Source: a virus
DNA length: 64,000 nt
Strand: one strand, 5' to 3'
IMG/VR virus record: IMGVR_UViG_3300009181_007093
Shown here: in pieces, positions 38,248 through 46,021 of the stretch
Numbering within the stretch: the stretch's first letter is position 1
Layout: the number at the start of each line of letters is the position of its first letter
Program-made: the position numbers and the translations under genes
Notes under the pieces: model-generated
Told to the model about the DNA's origin: nothing
What the model saw: the letters and a program-made list of their open reading frames with translations, nothing else
The model's database searches: none

Positions 38248-38631
38248 ATGATTCTTACTAACCCAATAACTTTCACTCCACCGCCTACAAATCGAGATGG
38301 AGTTATCACAACATACGAACCTGTTGTTTGTTCTGATCTAGAAATTATATTAACCGACAACAATTATCATAAAATAGTAACTGTAAAGGTACGTGTTCGG
38401 AATGGTCCTTCTCATTGCGTCTTTTTTTTGAAATTATGGTCAGGAAAAGGATATGATGGTGCTGGGGATTACACACAAGATATGATTGAATCTAAAATAT
38501 TAAACTTATTAGGAGACAATAGCTCAAAAACTATAGAGTCTCTTATGGAAAGTTATAATAAACCACAACAAAAAATTGTTCAAATCCAAGCACGAAAACT
38601 TAAAAACACTTCACAAATTAAAATGTTTTAA
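38248..38631 (+). CDS. Hypothetical protein
   Basis: TATAAATA (T4 late-promoter consensus) immediately upstream. Confidence 0.65.
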   Translation: MILTNPITFTPPPTNRDGVITTYEPVVCSDLEIILTDNNYHKIVTVKVRVRNGPSHCVFFLKLWSGKGYDGAGDYTQDMIESKILNLLGDNSSKTIESLMESYNKPQQKIVQIQARKLKNTSQIKMF

Positions 38632-38642
38632 TGCTAGTTCAT

Positions 38643-38930
38643 TCACTCGTGAATAGAAATAATGTGGTTACGACTAAAGTAAAGATTTATAAAAAACCCA
38701 CAAAATGCACTTAAAATATTACTAACTATTGGATAGCTGTATTCCTCTACAGGATTAATGAATAAGCTAAGAATTAAACTGAACCAAAAACTTGAGCATT
38801 CATGGCACAATAATACTTTATTTAAATAAGGAATGGTTGCCACCTTATTCCTTATTGGTGTGCTAACTTCTGTATCATGCCATGCGTAGCAAATTCCTAG
38901 GGACGATAAAAGATAAATAATTATTTCCAT
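38643..38930 (-). CDS. Small membrane protein (DUF1360-like)
   Basis: LLCHECSSFW between hydrophobic segments. Confidence 0.6.
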   Translation of the reverse strand: MEIIIYLLSSLGICYAWHDTEVSTPIRNKVATIPYLNKVLLCHECSSFWFSLILSLFINPVEEYSYPIVSNILSAFCGFFINLYFSRNHIISIHE

Positions 38931-38944
38931 AATTAGTCCATGAT

Positions 38945-39349
38945 TTATAAAAAGTATACAGCTACTGCGTCGTCTCGTTCTGCTACGCTAAACCCTCTGA
39001 ATGATTTGCCCGCAAGAGTTTTTGAAAATTCACTCCATGCAGTTTGAGTTTTGTCTATAATGAAAACTTTTCCATTGTAATTATTTGCTTGTCTTTGTTC
39101 GTTTCCAGATTTTATTATTTCTGCTAGTTCTTCTTGATTCTTAACATACTTATTTAAAACCGTTGAGTCCTTTTGTAGTGCTTCTGTAAAGAATTTAAAA
39201 ACTCTACCTCTACAGGAACAGTTTGGATTGCTTCTATAAGAAACTAAGTCAGCTAATATTTCTGGAAAATCTTTTTTAATTTCCTCAAAAACAACATCAT
39301 TTCTTATGAGAAAATTTAAAGAATCTGGCAGGTTCATTATAGTAATCAT
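38945..39349 (-). CDS. Hypothetical protein
   Basis: NPNCSC motif; downstream of TTGACA-17-TAGAAT (39407..39435). Confidence 0.65.
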   Translation of the reverse strand: MITIMNLPDSLNFLIRNDVVFEEIKKDFPEILADLVSYRSNPNCSCRGRVFKFFTEALQKDSTVLNKYVKNQEELAEIIKSGNEQRQANNYNGKVFIIDKTQTAWSEFSKTLAGKSFRGFSVAERDDAVAVYFL

Positions 39350-39508
39350 TTTTAGTCCCTTTGTTGCAAGTGAATAAACGGGCGAAAATACAATTGTTTG
39401 CTAATAATTCTAACAAAAATATACTTTAATGTCAACAGGATTCAACGAAATTCCACATTGGTTTGTGCTCCAACGGAATGCGATCTATGATAGTATCATA
39501 GTGTGCTA

Positions 39509-39784
39509 CTAAAATACTTGCTCTTTGCTTTTTTTGAATTCTTCAAAAGCCAATTCTAAAGTTTTTGCTTCTTCTTCCAAAGCTTTTAGTTCTAATTGAA
39601 CCTTCTCATAAAAAGTTTTTAGTTCTAATTTTTTAATTTTTTTGTCTTCAAATATTTGAGATATTTTCTTTGAAAATTCAACAAATTCTTCTGTCAAAAG
39701 ATACTCATTTTTTTCCATATTTTCCTCCAATTTACCATCTAAAGGTTTTTTATCCTTGCTTTGTATATATCGTTTTTTAGCCAT
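39509..39784 (-). CDS. Small coiled-coil protein
   Basis: Overlaps the spoVR stop. Confidence 0.55.
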   Translation of the reverse strand: MAKKRYIQSKDKKPLDGKLEENMEKNEYLLTEEFVEFSKKISQIFEDKKIKKLELKTFYEKVQLELKALEEEAKTLELAFEEFKKSKEQVF

Positions 39785-42700
39785 TTTTTGTGTGCTCTTC
39801 TCTGCTTACAACTTCAATATCTTTTATTGGATCAGTGCCATAACAGCAATAGACCTTTTCATTACCATCTTTGTCTTGCGTTGACAAATAAACATCATTT
39901 CCCCAAATAGCTCTTAAAGCCACTAAAACGTCTGATACGTAAGGCTCGTATAAAGTTCGTCCATCAAACTGATGCTGCAACATCATGCCCCCTTTACCCC
40001 TATAATTGGGCTCTGTGAGCTTTATTTCTGGCTGACCTCCATTTAAGTGCCTTTTCATTAAAAGACTTTTTATTTTCTTATAATCTCTACTTTCTAAACG
40101 AAACTCACCATTAGGATAGTGAGTCCAATAAAAATATTCTTGTGTTCTGCAAAAATCTTCTGTGAAGAATTCATGTATAAATGTTAAATCATCATAATAC
40201 TTTCTTACCTCAAATATTTTCTCTTTTCCTAAATTAGTTTTAACATCCCAAGATTCTTTTTGATGAATATTAGTGCATTCGTCCCATTCAGAGCCAAATC
40301 TCCCTTTATCCCATCTATCACGAATATCGGATAATAAATAATACCCAAGTTTATAAGGATTCATAGAATACTTACCACCTAAAACGCCCATTTTATGCTC
40401 AGAATATTCTACAATTCCACAATCATGACTTTTTTGCCCAAGAGAAGCAAACCCCTGTTCTGCCATGATTACTGAGTCTGTTGTGCTATTATGATTTATG
40501 AATCCACAAGCTGAATACATATTGCTTGTTTCTACCGTAATATCATAAACTGTATCTTTTCCAATTTTTTCGACAGAAACAATTTTATTTTCAAGTTTTT
40601 GTTTCACAAACCATTTGTGACTAGAGATGTATTTCCTTAATTTGTCTTTTTTTCTTTGTAAACCAAATCCAATTTGTTCTTCGTATTTAACAGCTTCTGA
40701 GCCGGTCATCCGAATATGCCAACATGAATCCTTTTGTTTTCTTCTTGTAGAGAGAATCTTAAAATTCAAAAGCACATTCTGAATTTGTCTGGACATGCTT
40801 TCGCTTGATGTGGAGAGTATTACCCCTGCAGTCCCCGCATAACCATCGCAATCAAAATAAGATCGGATGAATGCCGCAACCACACTTTTTGGTGATTTCA
40901 ATATAATTTCTGGTATGTTTTTAAGTCTAGCACAAACCCCTGTTTTCATACCAAGATGAACAAGGAGTTCTTCCAAATCTTTAGAGTATACAGCAGCCCT
41001 ATATCTACCATTTTTTGATGATCCATCCCATTTTACCTTACATTCTAATCCAAATAGGGTACTCAGCAAAGTAGCGTAATGATCAATTTGCTCTTTATCT
41101 CCAGATGTTAAACCCATAGTTCTTTTAACTAAAGAAATATGACCATCACCAATCATGTATCCAATAAATGAAGCAAAGTCTTCATTCATATATTCAGGAA
41201 CACTAATAATGTTCCTCTTGTTTCTCATAAAAGTAGTTTTTTGATTGTCATATTCTTTAATCAAAGTTCCTAAAGAATCATTTTTTTCTTCACCTTTGTA
41301 TTGATATTTCCTATAAATCACTTTATATTTTGAAACAGATGCCATTTCGGCAAGTTCATTAAGTTCAATTCTTTTTTCTGGTACCTCGTACTTAACCTCT
41401 TGCAAGTCATTCTGCCAGATATCGGAAAAAGACAACTCCAATACCTGTCCAACGGACATTTCGTCCATACGAATCCAATCATACCTGCCCATAATACGAT
41501 GGTTATTAGATCCCTCAAAAACATATCCACGACGAGTTTCTATACGATACACATCTCGATTTTCAAAAGTGAACCAATTCGTAACTTTTCTTTCTTTCTC
41601 TCCATCGTAAATGGTGACTTGCATTCTATTTTCAACTATTTCTCCCAAAGTCAAAATACCAAAATTGCTACAAACAAGAGTGTCCTTTTTCCCGCAAGCC
41701 CATCCTTCGTTTAAGGTCTTAGTTTGTCTTTGTGGGAAAAAATACATTGCCTCGTCATAAAGCATAGAGATAATATCAGCTTGCCATGGTTTGAGCGGTG
41801 CGTTATCCCTTAAAAATCCCAAAATATTTTTTGTTGGCTCCTTAAAAATACCTATTTCTTCTTCAATGTCTTCTTGATGAATTTTTTCATTCTCTTTTTG
41901 GCGAAATTCTTGTGTGTTTATAAAAGGCTCCATATACATTCTTTCTTTATTGACTGTGAGCCTTCTTGGTTGTCTATAAACTCTTTCGTCTTGCACGATA
42001 ACATTCTTTGAAATTTTATCAGACCATGCTTCTGCTCCGTCAATTAAAGTTTCCAGTCTCATAACCCAATCAAGAAACTCTATGACTCTTTCTTTTCCCC
42101 AACGAGACATATAATTTCTAATTCTTGTGCCATGGTTTGCCATTTTATTAAGCATATTTGTATCTGTGGCACTAAAATGTATATTGTTCTTAAAAAAGTC
42201 ATTATGCCCTGTCGCATGTGCAATAACAGTCAAATGGTCCAAAAGAGTGTTGCTACTCAAGCAGTAAATATAACAAGGATTTGTATTGTGTGTGATCAAT
42301 CCATACGCAATAAAATCATGAGCATCATGATCCAGTGCAATATCAACGGTTTCGATCTCGTCTCCTTCGGTAACACTATCAACAACAAATAAAGGATTTG
42401 AAATAATATCTTTAATATAATTTGGAACAATTAATCCTTGTTCTTCTGCTCTCTGTACAAATGACGAACAAGAATTAATCCCGACATTTTTTTTCTCAAA
42501 CTTTTTAATAGAATAGCCAAGACTATGGTTTTTATATGTTGTGATACCAATATCTTTTGCCCACATAATCAATTGTCGTTGAATGTATGGTAACTCTATT
42601 CCAGAACCACGACAAAATTTTCTATCAAGTAGTTTTTTAAGTGATTCTTGCTTATATTCAAATACAAAACCTATTCTATTGTAAAATTTATTTTCAGCCC

Positions 42701-43904
42701 AAATTCCTTGAATTTTAACAACATTAATATATTTTTGATCACCTTTTTTGCCCTTACCATTTTTTAATGTTTTTAAATTAGAAAGAATTCCCATTTCCGA
42801 AAGCATAATCTGAACATCATCTGCTAATTTTTTATTGTAACAACTAAAACCAACATGGTTAGTTACATATCCATCAGTATCGAACAAACCACGAAGAAAA
42901 GCACATCTATAGGCAGGAGGAGACTTACAAATAATATCTGGAATTATTTTTTCTTTAAATGTTTTACCTTTCTTTAAACCAATCGAATCAACAAAATCAA
43001 CTGCGTTTTTTGAACATAATGTTACAGTGAAACAATTTGGCTTTTCGTAAATCTCTGCAACAACTCCAAATACCTTTTTAAATAAATCTACAACATGTTC
43101 TGCATATGTCCTGTGTTTTTTACCAACAGCAATGGTTAACATATTTTCAGCAGACTTTACTCCTATCGACCCATCTCCAACCAAAATTCCAAGAAGTTCC
43201 GCCAATTCTATCGTAATATGATTCGGTGGATAAATTTCTTTAATACAATGCCTAATGTTGGGACTTGTTGATTCAAAAACTTGTTCGGATGACCAATCAA
43301 TTCTTGGTGCATCCCAATTACTTTCATATGAATCAGTTCCTACAAAAATGTCACCAGGCACAACATCCGATGCCTTTTTCCAGATCAAACCATTATTAGA
43401 AAGAACACGCCATTTGTGATTTGGCGTACATACTAATGTTTGACCATACTTCAAACAAATTTTCTTAGTTTTAGAGGCATCTTGTCTTTTTATCCCAACA
43501 ACATTCCTAGTTTCATTTCCAACAATAACCTGATCGCCAGCCACTACATCTCCAGCTAGAACCGTACCCCGCTTAGTCAAAACCGGAGCATCAAGTTCAC
43601 AGCAATTGATTACCATTTCATATATTTTAAAAAGTCCGAACTCATACCCACGTTGTAACTCTTCGTATTCCATACCAAACGACCAGTGTGGAAAACGAAC
43701 AGGGAATCCATTATATGCTGCTATTTCGCTAATTTCGTCGTATGTTAGCAACTGAACTACTGTTGGATAAAAATCTAGACCCCAATCTTTACAAGACTGT
43801 AATATCTTTGGTGCTAGCTCTTTTAGCTCTTTAGAAAGCTGCACGCCTGGAACAGTATTATCTCCTAAAAGAATAGGAGATCCATGCAAAAATTTATTTG
43901 ACAT
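39777..43904 (-). CDS. spoVR: SpoVR/YcgB family protein with two inteins (about 532 aa after splicing)
   Basis: GFPVRFPHWSFG, IYEMVIN|TNPC, AHATGHNDFFKNN, PQRQTKTLNEGWA|S, NPYKLG. Confidence 0.95.
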   Translation of the reverse strand: MSNKFLHGSPILLGDNTVPGVQLSKELKELAPKILQSCKDWGLDFYPTVVQLLTYDEISEIAAYNGFPVRFPHWSFGMEYEELQRGYEFGLFKIYEMVINCCELDAPVLTKRGTVLAGDVVAGDQVIVGNETRNVVGIKRQDASKTKKICLKYGQTLVCTPNHKWRVLSNNGLIWKKASDVVPGDIFVGTDSYESNWDAPRIDWSSEQVFESTSPNIRHCIKEIYPPNHITIELAELLGILVGDGSIGVKSAENMLTIAVGKKHRTYAEHVVDLFKKVFGVVAEIYEKPNCFTVTLCSKNAVDFVDSIGLKKGKTFKEKIIPDIICKSPPAYRCAFLRGLFDTDGYVTNHVGFSCYNKKLADDVQIMLSEMGILSNLKTLKNGKGKKGDQKYINVVKIQGIWAENKFYNRIGFVFEYKQESLKKLLDRKFCRGSGIELPYIQRQLIMWAKDIGITTYKNHSLGYSIKKFEKKNVGINSCSSFVQRAEEQGLIVPNYIKDIISNPLFVVDSVTEGDEIETVDIALDHDAHDFIAYGLITHNTNPCYIYCLSSNTLLDHLTVIAHATGHNDFFKNNIHFSATDTNMLNKMANHGTRIRNYMSRWGKERVIEFLDWVMRLETLIDGAEAWSDKISKNVIVQDERVYRQPRRLTVNKERMYMEPFINTQEFRQKENEKIHQEDIEEEIGIFKEPTKNILGFLRDNAPLKPWQADIISMLYDEAMYFFPQRQTKTLNEGWACGKKDTLVCSNFGILTLGEIVENRMQVTIYDGEKERKVTNWFTFENRDVYRIETRRGYVFEGSNNHRIMGRYDWIRMDEMSVGQVLELSFSDIWQNDLQEVKYEVPEKRIELNELAEMASVSKYKVIYRKYQYKGEEKNDSLGTLIKEYDNQKTTFMRNKRNIISVPEYMNEDFASFIGYMIGDGHISLVKRTMGLTSGDKEQIDHYATLLSTLFGLECKVKWDGSSKNGRYRAAVYSKDLEELLVHLGMKTGVCARLKNIPEIILKSPKSVVAAFIRSYFDCDGYAGTAGVILSTSSESMSRQIQNVLLNFKILSTRRKQKDSCWHIRMTGSEAVKYEEQIGFGLQRKKDKLRKYISSHKWFVKQKLENKIVSVEKIGKDTVYDITVETSNMYSACGFINHNSTTDSVIMAEQGFASLGQKSHDCGIVEYSEHKMGVLGGKYSMNPYKLGYYLLSDIRDRWDKGRFGSEWDECTNIHQKESWDVKTNLGKEKIFEVRKYYDDLTFIHEFFTEDFCRTQEYFYWTHYPNGEFRLESRDYKKIKSLLMKRHLNGGQPEIKLTEPNYRGKGGMMLQHQFDGRTLYEPYVSDVLVALRAIWGNDVYLSTQDKDGNEKVYCCYGTDPIKDIEVVSREEHTKNG
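40488..41696 (-). mobile_element. SpoVR intein 2 (403 aa, LAGLIDADG) at NEGWA|S
   Basis: C1 GKKDTLV, GSNNHR, IGYMIGDG, FIRSYFDCDG, VYDITV...FINHN, +1 Ser. Confidence 0.95.
42285..43604 (-). mobile_element. SpoVR intein 1 (440 aa, LAGLIDADG) at EMVIN|T
   Basis: C1 CELDAPV, CTPNHKW, LGILVGDG, FLRGLFDTDG, TVDIAL...LITHN, +1 Thr. Confidence 0.95.
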
Positions 43905-44445
43905 TAGTTTTTCTCAATGGGTATTTTGCTACAAAAAAGTTCATTTCTTTTTTTAACGTTTTACTATTTTTGGTGGATAGCCTAAAACCAGATTTCATCA
44001 ACTTTTGTGAAATTGTAGGATTGTCCAAACGTGCACCAGTTTCTATTATGCGTAGCACTTCTTTGATTTCTCTTATAGGCATATTAATCTTTTTTGCAGC
44101 TTTAATCAAGCAAGAACATGCACGAATAGCTTTATTAATTCTTTCTTCACATTTCATAAAAAAAGGTTCAAGTGAATTTGGATGATGAATATACAGATCT
44201 TCTATTTTCATTCCTTTTGTATTTTTCTTGCCTTTAGCAAACAACCAATATCTTTGTCTCCATTTATTGATTTTTTTAACATGTACTTGCCTAGCTGTTG
44301 ATATGCCTTTGTATGGAGAAGTAAGCGTTTTAACTTCAAACATATTGCCTTTTTTATCTTCTGCGTCGTGTAAATATCTGCTGTCAACCTTAGTAAGTTG
44401 ACATAATTTAATTATTTGTTTTTCTCTTGAATCATCTTGAGTCAT
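43894..44445 (-). CDS. PvuII-like PD-(D/E)XK restriction endonuclease
   Basis: QD...HDAEDKKGNMFEVKT...KGIST...INKWRQRYWLFA...IEDLY..HPNSLE...DNPTI parallels PvuII as recalled (NDAVD...YELKS...KGFST...IAKYRQVPWIFA...IEAIY...PKDLE...NNPKI). Confidence 0.7.
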   Translation of the reverse strand: MTQDDSREKQIIKLCQLTKVDSRYLHDAEDKKGNMFEVKTLTSPYKGISTARQVHVKKINKWRQRYWLFAKGKKNTKGMKIEDLYIHHPNSLEPFFMKCEERINKAIRACSCLIKAAKKINMPIREIKEVLRIIETGARLDNPTISQKLMKSGFRLSTKNSKTLKKEMNFFVAKYPLRKTNVK

Positions 44446-44475
44446 AGCTAAAATTTTTTTGTAATTATATTATTT

Positions 44476-45687
44476 TTAAGGATAAGAAGCATCTTCTTCG
44501 TTATTCCCTAAAAGCGATTTTATTGCATTCATTATTTGTTTATTTCTTTCTTCTTCACTTAGTGCAGAAGAATTCCAATAACCAGCCGTAGAACCTTCTC
44601 CAATAGAAACAGTTCTCACATAATCACGCTCTAGTTTTCCTTGTCTTATTGCTTGATCCACATCATGCTTAACGCTTCCGGTTGTAACAGAAGAAAGTAT
44701 TTGAGTAATACCTGTAAAATTAACAACATTTGGTCCAAAGTCTGATTCTAAAGTTGAAATAAAAACTTGGTTATCATCAGTCCAGTTTTCACCGTCTGTA
44801 AAATAAAAAACATAGATATTCCATTTGTTTGTAGGATACCTATTTTCAAATTGTTTAGAAATAAACTTTAAAGCACTGCTACAGGTTGTTCCGCCGCCAA
44901 ATCTATATTTATAAAATTTATCTTCATCTACTTCCATGGCACTAGAATCATGCCAAACGTATAATCGATCCACTCGATCATAAAACCTTCTTATCCACGT
45001 ATCTATCCACCAACTCATATCAGAAACAATATCGCATTTCGTAGCGTCCATAGAACCAGATCCATCTCTTGCAAAAACAATAAGAGCATTGCTTGATGGT
45101 ATTTTTATTTCATTAAACTGTCTGTACCTTTTATCTTCATTTATTGGCTTAAGAATTCTTACAGGATCTTTTAGTCCTGGAACGTAAGAAAGATCGCTCA
45201 ACGTTCCTTCTACAGCTTGTCTCTTTAATGTTTGCATTAGAGTGCGTCTGTTGTGCCGCAGTGACTCTGGACCAATTAAAGAGATATTGTTATATTTTAT
45301 TTTTATTTCATCATAAGTTTCATTTGTTTTTTTCTTTAAATTTGGAAGCTTTAGTTCTTCCTGCATAAATTTAAGAACATCTTCTAGATCTAGGCTAATG
45401 GTAATTCCCTCGGATTCACCTTGCCCAGCAGACCCTTTGCCTTTCTTGGGTTCGTCTTTTCCGATCACATCCCCATCTTTACCTTCTCCTCTTCCAACGC
45501 CGTCGTCGCCCGATCCGTAAACAATATGGGGAATATCTATTTTTGGAATTGTGATAGATATTTTTCCGTTTTTACCACGGTTACGAACAATCTGTCCGCT
45601 TTTTATAAACTTTTTAAGGGCTTTTCTTATCTTGCCCCCTACAACGTCTCGGAAGTCTTTCCAATCTTCTTCAATTCTTCTAGGCAA
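44476..45687 (-). CDS. yeaH: YeaH/YhbH (DUF444, vWA-like) protein
   Basis: RDGSGSM MIDAS-like motif, GGGTTCSS, WNIYVFYFTDGENW; TTG start after AAGGTG. Confidence 0.93.
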   Translation of the reverse strand: MPRRIEEDWKDFRDVVGGKIRKALKKFIKSGQIVRNRGKNGKISITIPKIDIPHIVYGSGDDGVGRGEGKDGDVIGKDEPKKGKGSAGQGESEGITISLDLEDVLKFMQEELKLPNLKKKTNETYDEIKIKYNNISLIGPESLRHNRRTLMQTLKRQAVEGTLSDLSYVPGLKDPVRILKPINEDKRYRQFNEIKIPSSNALIVFARDGSGSMDATKCDIVSDMSWWIDTWIRRFYDRVDRLYVWHDSSAMEVDEDKFYKYRFGGGTTCSSALKFISKQFENRYPTNKWNIYVFYFTDGENWTDDNQVFISTLESDFGPNVVNFTGITQILSSVTTGSVKHDVDQAIRQGKLERDYVRTVSIGEGSTAGYWNSSALSEEERNKQIMNAIKSLLGNNEEDASYP

Positions 45688-45716
45688 GGTTCACCTTTTT
45701 AAATTTAAATTATCAA

Positions 45717-45947
45717 TTAATCTAAACAAACCAATTCAAAAATAAACTTATTATCATCTATTTCGCAAACAAAATCGGAAAGATTAAGGTGCATAAGAAA
45801 ATCTTTTTCTTGTTTGGTTAATCTTTTAAAAAAGTCACCAAAAGTTCCATCTTCACTCCATACCTCTAGACCAGCATCATCAATTTTATTGACGATTCTC
45901 TTTTTTTTCGCAGTACCCAACCAATGGTTTTTCATTTTAATTTTCAT
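45717..45947 (-). CDS. Small hypothetical protein between prkA and yeaH
   Basis: ATG at 45947 or 45935, immediately downstream of the hairpin. Confidence 0.55.
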   Translation of the reverse strand: MKIKMKNHWLGTAKKKRIVNKIDDAGLEVWSEDGTFGDFFKRLTKQEKDFLMHLNLSDFVCEIDDNKFIFELVCLD

Positions 45948-45953
45948 TTTCCA

Positions 45954-46018
45954 GTAGGGGCAGAGCCCCAAAAAAGGTGAACTTACACACCTTGCCCACA
46001 GAATAACTCTGCCCCTAC
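45954..46018 (-). promoter_or_regulatory. Stem-loop (12-bp perfect stem) containing antisense to the yeaH translation-initiation region
   Basis: Arms gtaggggcagag (45954..45965) and ctctgcccctac (46007..46018); inner aaggtg/cacctt stem. Confidence 0.75.
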
Positions 46019-46021
46019 CAA

